Positions 50,701-63,800 of a stretch of DNA of 64,000 nt are shown one piece after another. The first letter of the stretch is position 1, and the number at the start of each line of letters is the position of its first letter. The position numbers and the translations under genes were made by a program. This DNA is from Octopus vulgaris (taxonomy: Eukaryota), in NCBI GenBank assembly GCA_951406725.2, contig OX597815.1:156984001-157048000 (forward strand), in the 5' to 3' direction. The notes under the pieces were generated by a model. It was not told the DNA's origin, made no database searches, and worked only from the letters and a program-made list of their open reading frames with translations.

Positions 50701-53700
50701 GGCAGGTGACCTAACTGTACGTGATTCTTTTTGTGCCAAATCTTCAGTCGTTCGTTCTTGGCGGTTGATTTGATTGGAATGTTCTATACCTTGTGTCGAG
50801 GTGTATTTGTGTATTCAATAAGTGTTGACAAGTTATCGCAGATAACTTGCTACAGAGGGCCTTGATTATGTTTTAACAAGCTCCAGAGAGCAGTTTTGGG
50901 GCTAACTGCTCATCCGACGTAATATCTTGCACAAAATTTCTATTGTTCAAGATGTCATAACTATCTCCTCCTGTTGTTGAAAAGCAAACCTTAAAAATAT
51001 GACATTATATAACCACGATGGTGTAAGAAATGTGGTGACAATATTAAAATATTGTTTGTACTATGTATTTTTGTTCGGTTATTTTATTTTAGCAATGCAA
51101 AGTTCATGTTACAGATCTAACATTTTGAGAACCTGTTTACACATTTATTTCTATTTAGATTTGTGCATAAGGCCATTAAAATCTTGCAAATATGATGGCT
51201 ATATTGATTACAACTGTACATGTTACTGCCCCAGTGGACTGGAAGGTGATGATTGTTCAAGAGTAGAAAACCAAAATGGTTTGTACTTAGCTTTTTATTT
51301 TTACATTTTATTAGAGAGTAGGTTTTAGTTCGAAATTTCCAAACATAAGATTTCAGAAATCGAGAATCCTGAAAATGTGGTCAGTTAAGTGGGATATAAT
51401 ACAAAATTCCTTTTCATAAAGATTAAACTGCAAAGCATGGAACTAGAACAATCAATCATGAATCAATTGATTTTGTTGCGGCCTCTTACTATATATTACT
51501 CTATTACTAAGATAAATTTGATAAATTTAACCCAAAATTTTAACTATTATAATTGCAACTAAACCGACTTCAGAAATTTTAATTTGCAATTAGAGATTGC
51601 AGTAGTACAGAAAACTTGATCTCCAGTATCATGATTGTGATCTTAAAAAATGAATCATGAAACTAAGATATCTGTTAGAGAAAAATATCTGAAAGTAATT
51701 CCTTTCCTACACACTAAGTGAAATATGGGACTATAATAAACATTCTAAGCAATTAGGCACATAAACTAAAGATCTGAATTTTTGATTACAAGCTGGCTTG
51801 TAGTTACCAACTTAACTGTGTCCTGCTCATAACTTGCTGCAAACTACCAGGTCCAATACTTCGGAGTTTGTTGATTCGTATTAATATATGATGTAGAGTA
51901 AACAGACATGATTTCCGAAACGGGGTGAACTAATGTTTTAAGTGTGTATTAGCTTATATATTTCCAAGTGGATGAGAAGTGTTAAAGAAAGAATATGGTC
52001 ACATAAATAATTTTAGTGCTAGTTAATTTTCTTTACGACCAAATAAGATTAAAGGTATTTTCTTTATTGAAACCATTTTACTTTTTCTTTCACTTTCCGC
52101 TGTTTAATGATTGATAAATGAATGAAAACTTTAAGCTTTAGAGAATTACTATGACATTTTTTGTATATTTACAGCATCTTAATCAGATTAATATTGTAAA
52201 ATTGTACGTAATTGAGATCGATTTTTGTGAATGTATATTCTTGGATATACTTTTTTTAGAAACATCACATTTAAAGCTAAACCTCTTTTTCTAGATTTAC
52301 TTCAATATGTTTATTTTCATCTTTATTTTTACAGAATGCGGTGGTATCTTATCTCTGGATTTCAAACATCTGTACACACAGATATATTTCAATTCTAATT
52401 TAAATAAGACTGGCAAGGCTAACAAATGTGTTTGGTTAATTGAGGTCAGTTCAACAGTATTTGAAAACTTCAAATTTTTAGACACTTCCTCCCTTTTGAA
52501 ATTTAGTTTTATTCATCAAAATTGTGAAATTATATGCTTCAGAATATGCGGTGTGTTCTATTGTAATCGTTTACCGTAGGAAAACCAAAACTTAAGGTAC
52601 GTGCAAACTGCAACAAAGAATGGCATCTACTTGAACTTCTGTATTCTGCTTGTCAGAAAATTGTCAAGATATTCTAAAGGGCTTCAAATCTAAATCTGGC
52701 ATTTAAATTACTCACCGACTGATCTTAAGTAGATCTGGATCAATGGAAGCCAAATGGTTAGGTTGGTAAGAAAAACGTGATAAGATTTGGGTTTTCTCCA
52801 GATTTAAGTTCGCCATAAGTGCTAGAGCTCAAATATCGAGATGAATTTATCTTCTGTGGATAGATTAGACGATAGCTCTAAAATTATGATTAAAGCCTTG
52901 AAAGTGCGCATGTGATGATGCAGAGTGCGTGAGAATGAGCTTGGAATAGCCATGTCCTACCTCCGATTAGAATCAGAAAAGATAGTTTTAGAAATTTTTC
53001 AGTTAATGTTTTCTGCAAATTATAGTCTATTACAATTTGAAAGGTAAGCTTACAGCAGGTCTATGCACAAAGCCATAAGTAAAATGCGCTTCTCGTTAAA
53101 TCACTGCAACTGTAGGAATTGTAAGTTACTTCCAAGTATTTATTTTGTACAGCAGGATCGTATTTCTATTCCAAGCAATTGTGGCGCTTTTACAAATCAT
53201 TTTCCCACTCATTTGTATTCAGAAGGGCAATGTCTTACAAAAATGGTTTACTGCGTGAATATTTATTTTAATGCATCATATTCGATAAACTATTAACAAA
53301 TGTCTTTATTTCTAGAGCCCAGCTTTGACTCGAATGGAAATAGCAATAGACAATCTAAGAATCAAAAAGGAAAATTATAATTGTCTGCAATGGCTTGAAA
53401 TGCGATATAATTTAATTGGGCAACATGGTCCCAGGTAAGATTTTGATAATTGAACAGGATTTAGTTATGTCTGTAAACCTTATGTTTGGTATTTGTTTTT
53501 GTTAATATTGAAAAATCGATCTTTCGCTATCCGCTTTAGATTCAGTATATTTCAATGATATATTCAAAGAATTAAAATTACTCAACGGCGGTCATTTACT
53601 GTAGGAAGTTCACATGGAAAATGTTTCAGAATAGTCGATTTCAATTTTTTTGAAATTATAGTTTGCTTAAGAAGCTATAAAATACAATCGATCTGTGCTA

Positions 53701-56700
53701 TTGTAGAGTACGTGATTCAGTTCGGACACTGAACATCATTGAATTCACAAGTTGTATTTAATTTATTGGCCACATTACCTTACCTGACTAGAAATATCAG
53801 AATTCCTAATCAAGCATAATCCCCTTCACATTGGGTAATACATGGGATCAAAGCGTTAATGGGTTCCGTAACTTGCCATCTTAGTTGACATCGTAGATCT
53901 TTGAGAGTAGCTACACACCAGTGCATTTTCGGTTTGATCTTTAATGTTTATCCTGTCACATTCTAATGGTTCACGAAACTAACATACGGGAGCATATGAA
54001 AGTCCTTTTATATATCATTGCAGTCACTAATTGCTGTTGGATTGACTTCCTAGTTGCATCATATTAGACGACGAAGCTAACTGCGAGCCTTAGTTGTTTT
54101 AAGAATTACATTGGAATTGTAGAATTCGATCTTTTTGTCTTCGCGGATCACCTTCTTGCTCAAGGTTTTTATATTTGAATGCAACAATTTACCTACCACC
54201 TGGCATTTTTGTCTGTTCTTTTAGTTGACGGCGCTGAAGCGTTTACGCGGGCGCAGATATGTGCTGTTATGATAAATGTACCAGCACAACGAATTCGGGT
54301 CAAAACTGGTGAATGACTGTCGTCAGCCCCGATCACTGTCCAACGCAAATAATAGCAGCAGCAGCATCCACAGTTAGCAGTGATCTCTAACTTGAATTAC
54401 CTGTTCTACACGATTTGAGACCAAACATATTAATTACAATTAACTTGGAGTTTCAAGTGTTCAACTTGTTATATCATCATGTACTACACTAGAAGTCTAA
54501 CTCGTTCTAGTGTAAACCGTGCGTTTTAAAAATGTTTAATACCGTTCAATATTATGAAGACTCACAAGTATTTTTTTCTGACTTGTAATGCTTGTTTCAT
54601 TCTTTAGATTTTGTGGCGTAAGTGCAAAGCTAAATCATTCGTTCAATACAACGACTAACATCGCGATGCTTATCCTAGAATCTTCAAATAATTTGGATAA
54701 TATATCTTTTGAAGTGAATGTGTCTATATCGACAGACTACAGTAAGATTTATTTCTAAGTAGAATCTGCATGAATTTATATCTTTAATATTGAACATTTT
54801 AAAAGATGTTTAAACATTTGCATAAATACTTTTCTAATCAATCAATGCCAATAACATGAAATAGCTAATATTAATTGATATAACTTGTTCACTTTAGATT
54901 TCTTATGAATTTGAAAATATTTCGAAAATGTTTAATTTTTCTGTAACTCATAAAAACTTTTCTCTTGAAGATGCTGATATTAATTGCACTTTTGAACTTG
55001 GGAATGACTTCTGTGTTTTTAAACAAACCGGTGGTTCCGATAAATGGCTTATATCTTCTGTGAGTACTTAAAATCTTTCGGATAAATCCTTCATTTATTG
55101 AATAATCTAAAACAAATTATCTCGTGAATTTCTCCAGTGTACAAATTTTAAAATATGCTAACAGCGAAAATACTTTTTCTTAAATTCGTTATTGTTTTTT
55201 TGTTTTTTTTTTAATCGTATTTGATTCATCAAATAAGAGACTTAATTAACAATTCCTGTAACAGCATTTTGTTCACAATCAAAATTACAAAACTAACAGT
55301 TTTGAAAAGGATAGTGTTAGTATTTTAAAGTTCGTGTGAACCCAGCTAGGGTCGCATGATCTAATTTTTATCGCTAAAATAACGTATTATTCAACACCAT
55401 CGACTCCAATAATTGACTAATTCCTCCCCTCAAAATTATGTTTTCCTAAATAAGAAACGATTACATCGGAATTAAAATGACTGCCTTTATTTTCCAATGC
55501 AACTGACAAGTTGATGTTGATCTCCGATCACAGGTTCACATTTTGATTTTAACAAACCTACTTCATTATTTATTTGGGATATGAGGAAAATGCAATATTT
55601 ATATTTTCAAATTACATTTGTGACGTTTCAGTGTTCAGATGTAAATGATACGATCTCTTCAGACCTTCTTTAAAACTCTATGCCAGTCATTTCATGCAGG
55701 CTTTACCATCTTTTTAGCTTCTTTCTTGCATGCTACAATTTCTGAAGTAATATTGGCTACTTTTGTACCATTTAAAAGTATTAACCTATATGTCACGTTG
55801 AAGGTAGGGGTGATTATTTCCTATCATCCTCTGACGTCAATGATAATCTAGAGCAATATGCTTCACGACAACTTTTAGTTTTTAATATGTATTTCTTTGG
55901 AAATTGTCTTTTTAAAAATCAAAGCAGTCGTCTCGCCAGATATTAACCCTCTGTAATTAACTTGCGTGCTGAAAGAAATTACCTAGATCAGCTTCTAGTA
56001 TCTATTTAAGAGATCGCCTTTCATATTGCACAATTTTCCTCAGTAAAATTTATTTCAACCTAATATATGGATATTGCGGTGCTCGTCTTCTAATTATCGA
56101 CTTGTATTAGCATTAGTGTATCATCGTTGGATACTTTGGTTCCATCCCAGTCACATGGTTCCGGGTGCAGTCCCAGTGCGTGACATCTTGTGCAAGTATC
56201 TTTAGCTTTAGGCCCAGTTAAGTCGTGTGCATGGATATGGTAGATGGAAACCGGGAGAAGCTCATTGTGCGTTTGTCCCTCTACCACTTGAAAACTGGTG
56301 CCGGTGTGTTTACGTCCCCGTAAACTGGCGGTTCGGCAAAATAGATCGACAGAATAAGTACCAAGCTTAAAAAGATGAGTACTGGGATCGATCTATTCGA
56401 CTGAAATCCTTCAAGGCAGTGACTGCAGTCTAATAACTGAAACAAGTAAATGGTATAATGGTCGTTTCTTCATTATAAATTCGTATTAGTGAGAGGGGGG
56501 GTTTCCACGTGGCTGGCCGATATCGTAAATATTGTACAATTTACTTGCAATTACACTTGTTTTAAGAATTTGTAATCCTGGATACATTATGCTTGAATCT
56601 AAGATTGATTTTCCTGACTGGAATTCCTTTGATCATAGACCTATTCAATTTGATGCAACCTAGAATTGATAATGGCAATAGATTTGACACAGTACAAATG

Positions 56701-59700
56701 AATGTCTTTTATAAATCTGTTTTATAATGGAGGTAATATCGCTAATTGATTCGGAATATTATTAAGCCGATATAACAATATAAACGCGAATTGACTAGTC
56801 AACGACTAGATCTAAATATTTACGATACATTTATCTCTTCTGTACTCGACGCTCGAAATGCCAATGGGAAAATGATTTCGGTTTTTATTCCTCCAGAGCT
56901 AAAATAACCCCTAATATATTTAATTTCAATCCCTTTGGCCGTACACCTATTCAGAATTAATCTAGTTACTCGACCTACTTTGCACCATAAAAATCTTTCA
57001 AGTGTATTTACTGTATTATGTTCAATTTGCCTTGACTCATGAAAACCAAATACAATTAATCTATCAAAAAAATTCATGAAATACTATCAAATTGAGTGCT
57101 CGCATGTGTATCTGAAATTGAAAATGTTTTTAGCTACTTCCAGGTAGTTTCAGTACTTTAATATACTTGTTTATGCTACTCAGTTGATTTTACCCATATT
57201 ATTTTCTTAGAATGCCGAAAGAGTGAAGGGTGTGAGAGGTCACAACAATTCGGAAAAATACATTTACTTGAGACCAACAACTCGTCCTGGTAATATTAAC
57301 GGCGTTTTAGAAAGTCGATTAATCACAGGTTAGTCTTCTAAACTGAAGTCATAAATTTTCACTGCCTCCTTCCTTTTTGTAAGCCAAATTTCTACTGTAG
57401 TTTTGAATTGAATGTTTTAAATGAAATGTAAAATTGAGTATGCAAAAATCAGTGATTTTAATTATTTTAGTAAAAAGCCAACGAACGATCTTCGACCTGC
57501 TATAAATAGCATATATTTCTTCAGCGTCACTTGCCGTTTTATAACGGGACGAACACTTGAAATTCCGAGACAGTTTAAGTGGTCCTAGCGGAAAGACCTG
57601 ATTGTGCTGACCTATATTGCTACATAGCTCTAGATTATTTTATACAAATTCCAGTGCGTCTTTACAATTATATTTAAATCTTAACGTCGTTTTAAAATCA
57701 CTTCAACTATACTGATAACGGCTGTAGGTTTGAAACCGTATCTGTTGTAGAATTTGTTGGATTTTTTAAACTAAAGCAATCTCTGAAAAGATTTCTCCAA
57801 GAAAATCATCTAGATGGAATTCAAGTTTCATATTTGAGTTAATGCTAAATAATATCTTATTTTTATAGGAGGAAACACTTCATTACTGACGCTAATTACG
57901 GGGAATATTTCTTTTCCCAATTAATCTTAGACATTGATAGTAAATACGATAATTCAAACTACGATTTTGTTCGAGAAACAGATTGATTGATTGATAGGTT
58001 ATTTTAACACTAATTGGTATGCTTATCAGTGACTTTTATGTCATTGACAACTTCTGACGGGTTCAGAGATATTCATTTCCTAAGGTACATGTCATACCTT
58101 TTTACAGGGAAGTGCGATGAGAACGTTATATTTGCTCTAAAAGACAAGTGAACTGGTCCGAAATGAGTCTCATGAGCGATTTGCAAGAATTTTGGTGTGG
58201 CCAGCAATGTAATACCTAAAAATACTTTTTTCATATAACATGCGTTAAATGAATATCTTTGCAGGTGGCCGTAAATGTATCAGTATCTATTACATAATCA
58301 ACGTTGAACCAAGTGCCTTCTATCGATTGAATTTATATATTTCTTCTCCAACTGAAAACAAACAGCCAATTGTTCTACGAAAATCAAGATATAGAAATTG
58401 GCAAAAATATGAGTTTTCTGTTGTCTCCGCGTATGAATTTAAAGTAAGTTTGATATTCTTACATATTTGAGAGGAACCCGTCATAAAGATGGGATTTAGT
58501 TCATTTAATTACCCCAGTTACATAACTAATTTATAAGGGTAGAGGAACATCGCAAAGCTGTGACACGAGAAGATATTGATAAATCGAGTAGAGCTGATAA
58601 AGTATGGAAACCACCTCCACCTATGGGATGCAGTTAAGATAATAAACAGAACGCCAATTCAAAATACGAAAAATAAAAGCAGCACATATGCTAGGACACA
58701 ACCACCTCCTAGGCAGACCGAGGAAGGATAGGAAAATATTTGAGTTATAAGCCCTAAAATTCATTCCATATGGCGTAGTGGTTAAGAACGCGGCTACTAA
58801 ACCCAAGATACCGAGTTCGATTCCAGGTAGTGATTAGGATTGAGAACCCAGGTTCAAAATTTCTGTAAGACATCTGATGAAGGTTGGAAGGTGTATCAGC
58901 CGAAACGTTGTTTTAACAAACAAGATGGACAAATTTTCGTCAAATGTAAATAATTGTAATAATGTACTTTATTTATACTCGTTTATCCCGAATATTTCGT
59001 TCAAATGAATCGAATATAAATTATAGAACATTAGTAAAAAAATTTTTCATTCTGCGATCCCAAATTGTACTAAATACTGTGACTGTCACAGATGAATTCG
59101 CGACAAGTGTAACTGTCGAGAGTGGGACGTAACGTATTACCTGAATCAGTGATGAATGAATTAATGATAAACGAGGATAGATGTATATGTCCAACCAGCC
59201 ATTGAATTTTCTTTTCCCCACCACTGCTGGATAAAAGCTTTCATCTTATCTCTTCACAATTCTTAGTTTTAGATGCTCGGTCTCTAATCTTTAATATTTT
59301 TATTAACGTCCATTTACTTCAGGAGTGCGATTTAAACATTTATTTGATTCCCTTTAACAGTAACGATCCTTAGTGTTAAGATCTCTCTTAAGGGGTTTGC
59401 CGCTTTCTTTATATCATGTTAGAGGTCGTGTCAATCTACTTTGGACCTGTGTTATTTATCTATTTTTTTCATCGAATATGGTATTATGAAAATTAGTTCT
59501 AATCGTCGGATTTCGAACTCGATACACAGTATTTATCGCGACTCCTTGCGTGTTCTATGTTGTTCGATGTTCCAACAAGTCTAACAGCTAGAGCTGCTAG
59601 AAATAGTAGCTAGTTAAATTTAGCTCAAACTACACTATTGCTTTAAAACGCATTAAGTCTTCTGCATCCAAGATAATGTGATCTTGGGTCTAATAAAAAT

Positions 59701-60804
59701 AGTAAGTTTCAAAACAATCAGAGCTGAAACTGCTGTTGATCATATTTTTGTCTATAATGCTTAATCTGCTAATAGGGGGAGGGGCTTAAACAATTTTTTT
59801 TATGGAGTTTCTCATGACTTCACTAAATAACGCAAGGCAATTTGTCTGGCACTTCCAGCTATTTACCATTATATGACTGAGTAAAACTTCTCAATGACAT
59901 TTTCTATTTGAATCACTCTAACTAAACTTTAAATATTTGATATTTAAATGGATTTAAATATTATATAACCTATTCGCTGATTATTATATAATCGACTATG
60001 ACTTACTGAATTTTCATTACTTCATATAAAAGTTCCATATGAACTAATTGTTTGTTTTGAAACAGAGCCGAACATTAACCCATAAAGCGCTGGGAATTGC
60101 ACTTACATAGCATGGACTGCTGAGCACATTTTATGAAAATGAGACTACCATGCACCCAAAAACAAAAGAATAGTTAAAATATCTTATGGTGGCAAAATTT
60201 TAAATTATTTGCAAAGTCATTAATTGAATTATTAATCCTCTTGCATTCTGGTGGGTATCGGGGCGTTTGAGTGACATTAGACCTCAACAAACGCCCATAA
60301 ATTAAATGCGTCTGAGCCACGATCATGACCTGAGCCTGACGGCCACGAAAGTGGCCCATCGCGCTTTGTGTTGATTGAAATACAGATAACATTATTAAAA
60401 TAGATACAATGTCAATTGAGCAAAAATATTATGAAAATAGTAATTTTCTTATATAAAACTCATTTAAGTTATCTCGAAGTTCAATTTGCGCAATATAAAA
60501 ATGCATACTTTAAAGAATTCAGAATTGTGTACTAGTAAATGTTTCACAGAGGCTGGAATATGAGACCAAGAAGTAGTTTAACAGCAAGGATTAGGTCATT
60601 TTCTTTACAAGTTATTTGCAGGCTATCCGGTTTAAAAATTATCTTTTTTAATTTTAAAAATAAACAAATTATATTTATAACAATTTCAGCTGACTATTCG
60701 CGGGATAATTAGAAATGGCAGAGATGGGTATATTGCTTTAGATGATATTTCCCTGATGAATGGAATGTGTCCAGGAGAAACAGAAGTGATAACAATCTCT
60801 GAAG
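35621..60804 (+). CDS. Secreted astacin-family (M12A) zinc metalloprotease, SP-pro-astacin-EGF-CUB-MAM; at least 16 exons, ~617 codons, 3' end unresolved
   Basis: Phase-consistent GT-AG exons 35621-35701, 37577-37639, 38752-38844, 41242-41338, 43857-43995, 45985-46057, 46869-47063, 48156-48282, 51159-51278, 52335-52444, 53316-53434, 54608-54741, 54971-55059, 57211-57328, 58265-58443, 60690-60804; [19 protein letters not shown] and SLMQY. Confidence 0.9.
37577..37639 (+). CDS. Astacin gene exon: propeptide NSEVIQKKASFIFVDNKTEYR
   Basis: Strong polypyrimidine acceptor, weak donor gtaata, phase 0-0. Confidence 0.5.
38752..38844 (+). CDS. Astacin gene exon: propeptide with LEGDI motif
   Basis: WEPNDLDKPSVEEYISNVTKVLEGDIFVEEN; ag/gtaagt. 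Confidence 0.85.
38975..39864 (-). mobile_element. Internally deleted mariner transposon (intronic)
   Basis: TIRs cacgaggcagtgtcaaaaggttccc / gggatctttttgataccacctcgta; remnants NFCVKL, EDEESGRPATS, MQRVSAKF. Confidence 0.75.
40110..40830 (-). pseudogene. Mos1/SETMAR-type mariner transposase fragment (intronic)
   Basis: YTTDLPPSDYYLFRSLQN (YSPDLAPSDY motif), GWEKIAH. Confidence 0.75.
41242..41338 (+). CDS. Astacin gene exon: activation site and start of catalytic domain
   Basis: PSPFSKRKAVLKLKRWKNKTVPWKFN; ag/gtgag. Confidence 0.85.
43857..43995 (+). CDS. Astacin gene exon: catalytic domain
   Basis: VKKAISIVESNCCLRFPEW...YLDIGKGEG. Confidence 0.85.
44087..45370 (-). mobile_element. Probable non-autonomous Helitron (intronic); 5' boundary uncertain
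   Basis: Minus strand ccaggcaacgccagggtgcattgCTAG resembles the 3' hairpin+CTAG of the Helitrons at 2.4-5.4 kb. Confidence 0.5.
45985..46057 (+). CDS. Astacin gene exon: CGSYVG motif
   Basis: GCGSYVGYRKGRHHMLLLRETFCMK; ag/gtaagc. Confidence 0.9.
46869..47063 (+). CDS. Astacin gene exon: zinc-binding motif and Met-turn
   Basis: [27 protein letters not shown]...YDYESLMQYGPL. Confidence 0.95.
48156..48282 (+). CDS. Astacin gene exon: end of catalytic domain
   Basis: AYSKNMKTTIDPKD...LGQRSKLSFYDRKTINLFYEC. Confidence 0.9.
49110..49600 (-). pseudogene. Old CR1/Jockey-like LINE 3' fragment
   Basis: LSFPYRCY...SALWNPMFACVFSAGVYLQRLKRKIN resembles the LINE ORF2 C-terminus. Confidence 0.5.
51159..51278 (+). 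CDS. Astacin gene exon: EGF-like domain
   Basis: CIRPLKSCKYDGYIDYNCTCYCPSGLEGDDCS. Confidence 0.9.
52335..52444 (+). CDS. Astacin gene exon: CUB part 1
   Basis: ECGGIL...KCVWLIE. Confidence 0.85.
53316..53434 (+). CDS. Astacin gene exon: CUB part 2
   Basis: NCLQWLEMRYNLIGQHGPR; ag/gtaaga. Confidence 0.85.
54608..54741 (+). CDS. Astacin gene exon: CUB part 3
   Basis: RFCGVSAK...NIAMLIL...ISFEVNVS. Confidence 0.8.
54971..55059 (+). CDS. Astacin gene exon: MAM part 1
   Basis: INCTFELGNDFCVFKQ...DKWLISS; donor gtgagt. Confidence 0.85.
56130..56450 (+). mobile_element. SINE family A copy (intronic)
   Basis: cacatggttccgggtgcagtcccagtgcgtgacatcttg...agaataagtacc. Confidence 0.65.
57211..57328 (+). 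CDS. Astacin gene exon: MAM part 2
   Basis: GHNNSEKYIYL...GVLESRLIT. Confidence 0.8.
58265..58443 (+). CDS. Astacin gene exon: MAM part 3
   Basis: GRKCISIYY...LNLYI...NWQKYEFSVVSAYEFK; donor gtaagt. Confidence 0.85.
58771..58965 (+). mobile_element. tRNA-head SINE-like element containing a hammerhead-like motif
   Basis: A box tggcgtagtgg (58771), B box gagttcgattcc (58813-58824), then ctgatga...gaaac. Confidence 0.65.
58867..58915 (+). ncRNA. Minimal type-I hammerhead ribozyme-like motif
   Basis: CUGAUGA (58874-58880), stem II ggttgg/tcagcc, GAAAC (58902-58906) followed by GUU; stem I imperfect. Confidence 0.55.
60690..60804 (+). CDS. Astacin gene exon: MAM part 4
   Basis: LTIRGII...GYIALDDISLMNGMCP. 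Confidence 0.9.
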
Positions 60805-63800
60805 GTAAATTTGTTTGACCTTATTTGTGCGATTCAATAAGCATTTTTATTTTTTTAGTTCAAATCTACGGTCATCAACTGGTAATTGAACCCTTCCAGG
60901 ATCAATGAGTTCCATTCATGGTTTATAGGATATGCTTTTGCTATGAAAAAATGTGCCGTTGTCTGTATTAGTAGTAGCTGCAGCTATCTTTTCTGTACAT
61001 AGTCTTATATAAACGTCTATTATTTAGATCTATGCATAGATGAAAACTTTTGGAAATGTGTACCTTATTAAAACTAGTCTAATATGTATTCTATTGCATT
61101 CGGTTCTCAGTATAGCGTAAAGAAAGACTAAGTATGTTTAAAACATTTTGTCTACTCAAATTTTATGAACTTAAGTTTTCAGATTTATATTTTTAGTTTA
61201 CATGGCACTTGCATAACCATTGAGATTTTGGGTTTTTCTAAAGTTTCATATTTGCGTTTTTCCTCCAAGTGTATTCGAAAGCTGTTAAAACTTTATCGCA
61301 CCTCTCATCTTATCAGCAATACTCGACAATTGCTCCAATTTTTGGTTCTCGCTATCATCAAGGATTCTCTCCTGGTGAAAGCATATCTTATTCTTTTTAC
61401 TTCTTTTAATACAAACCCACCCAAGCCAGTTTTCTTCTGTGGTATAAACTTTATATAAAGTGATCTAAATGAAAAAACTCTAATAAAAATGTTTTCCAAA
61501 TACCAGTTTAACTCTTGGTAGATTTACTAAATTATTCACTACTTCAAAAATATATTGAAACAACGGTAGTATAGTTTAACATAAAAATAACAAACGGGTT
61601 AACATTTCTAGTACTGCGTCCCGACGATTGTTCTTTCTCCTTACGACCAGGAAATACTTCAGTCGCCAATCGACTCTACATATCTCTGGTTAGCTCACGA
61701 GATTATTACTCTCGCATTCGGAACGGTGCGATTTCTAGATAACCTTCAAAAGAGGAAATTCACTCATGCTCCAGCCTGACACACAGCTCGCTGTCTTGTT
61801 TTTCTATTGTTGCAGTAGTAGCGTTTGTTCTATGGAACTTGGTGGGCTCATGTCAACTTTTAGTAAGATATTCTTTACCCGCTCCCTTTCCTTCGTCATA
61901 ACTTTGAAACCCCTCAATTCCTAAGTTTTTTTTTCTCCAATTACTACACGAGTTTTTCTTTCAAGAACGTCGGTTCTTTGGAAGTCAATACTTACGAGAA
62001 AGACATGGGTAGGGGGGGGGAATTTCAAAGGTTCTAGAATAATGTAGCATCAGTCTCACTGCTTTAAAAGGGTCCACACAAGCCACCGGTACTCGTATCT
62101 GTTTTGATACCACCATTAAAATGGTTTGAAACAAGATTTAAAATCTTCAACTCTTGCCGCGAGATGTACATTTTCTGACAAGGTCATGTTAGTACGGCGT
62201 CTATAGTCGACTAAACCGGTTTCTATTTATGATAGAATAAATTTGAATAAATTTCAGTCTGTGTGCTTATCTCGAAAGTATTTTGTAGATTCACTGTAGT
62301 CGACTTGATAAATAGTAAAGCTCGTGCTTATGCAATTGAAACTAATTTGAATACATTAAATTTGAATAAACTGAGTTCGATTGAATAAAACTACAAAACT
62401 TATTTTCAGATATAAAATTTTACAAAATTTTCCCCATGAAAAAGGAAAAATTTGATAATCCTTGCTTAGTCGGTCACTTTTGCTAATAATACTTTACATT
62501 TACTATAAATAATAGGTAAATGTAAAGTAATAGAAACTGCGCTATGGGTGCGATCTGTAATGTTGGGTGTCAAGCACGGGTATCTCAAATCTCTAGAGGG
62601 ACGTTTACCGCTATAATTAATGGAGTTTTTTGATAACCTGTCATATTCACTACATGCTTTTTCTACAATACGCTGTAATAATTATGAACTCTGAATCTGG
62701 ATACGATTGACATAACTGCTGACGTTAATAAATCCCACGCAAATATCGAAATATATTCAGTAGATATCGATTTTTTTATCTCGCATTCTTTGACCATAAA
62801 ATGTAGTGTCGAAAATAGTCATAATATACATGGTAATTTTATAGATTGATCTGAAAATGAAAACAGAAGAGCAATATCAATTGATGTAGCTTTAAAATGC
62901 TGTATCGAAGCTAAAATATTCAACATAGGATTTAAACATGTCATGTTTACTTAGATCTATGTACATGATGGTCGAAAACGTGTTGTAATAACAAATGATC
63001 ATTTACTTGATTACCAAAGCAAATGTTGGAAACGTATTGGATTTTTCCCCTCTTGCAAATTTTGCTGGATGTTTTCCTTATTCCTAGGCTACAAATAAAA
63101 TCAATATTTGTTTCTTGCCAATTCAATGTCTGCAGAAACAATGTTAATCTCTTCAATACCTTGGATATTATGAAGGCAGCTCCTTTCTGTCTGAATAATC
63201 TGTTTTAACTAAGAGACCTCAATTAAAACGTAGCTTTGTATAGTAACTGTATTTACATTTGTAGCTCATTGATACCGAACAAGGTCTTTTAGTTTCGATG
63301 GCCAAGATATAATCTGTCCAAATAATGATTTATATTCTTTCTATACCAAATTTCCTGTATAAACCTACTGGTAAAGCTGTCATCCAAGAATAAAGGCTAT
63401 TAAACACCTGGACTTGACGGCAACTGTTACTAACGACATCCAATATGTGCATTTCCTATTTAAGCGACTTCCTCCAACTGAAATTCTAAAATGGAGGAAT
63501 TAATTTCTCGTGATACGTATGTAACTGTCACGACGGATCTGAAATATTCAATGACTTAATAAGTAATGACATGGATTCCACTAGATAGTTCGTCTATATA
63601 TGCACAGAAGAGCAAATATAGCTGACTGTTTTAGTAAAATGTTAATGACTATGCAAAAATTACTTACTTTGCCAATACATTTCTTTAGTGAAGCTTGAAA
63701 CCGACAGTTCTTATGAGACTAAGCGAAGGAGGGGACTTTTTAATATAAAGTTAAAATTAGAATTTGCGTAAAGATCATTAAACTTGAAAAATAAGATTTA

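Noticed and set aside
54898-54970. Upstream acceptor for MAM exon 1
   Set aside because: Introduces an immediate in-frame TGA; the acceptor at 54970 restores the frame
57869-57985. Possible extra astacin exon after ttttatag
   Set aside because: The phase-compatible frame hits a stop after ~18 codons; the MAM domain is completed by exon 58265-58443
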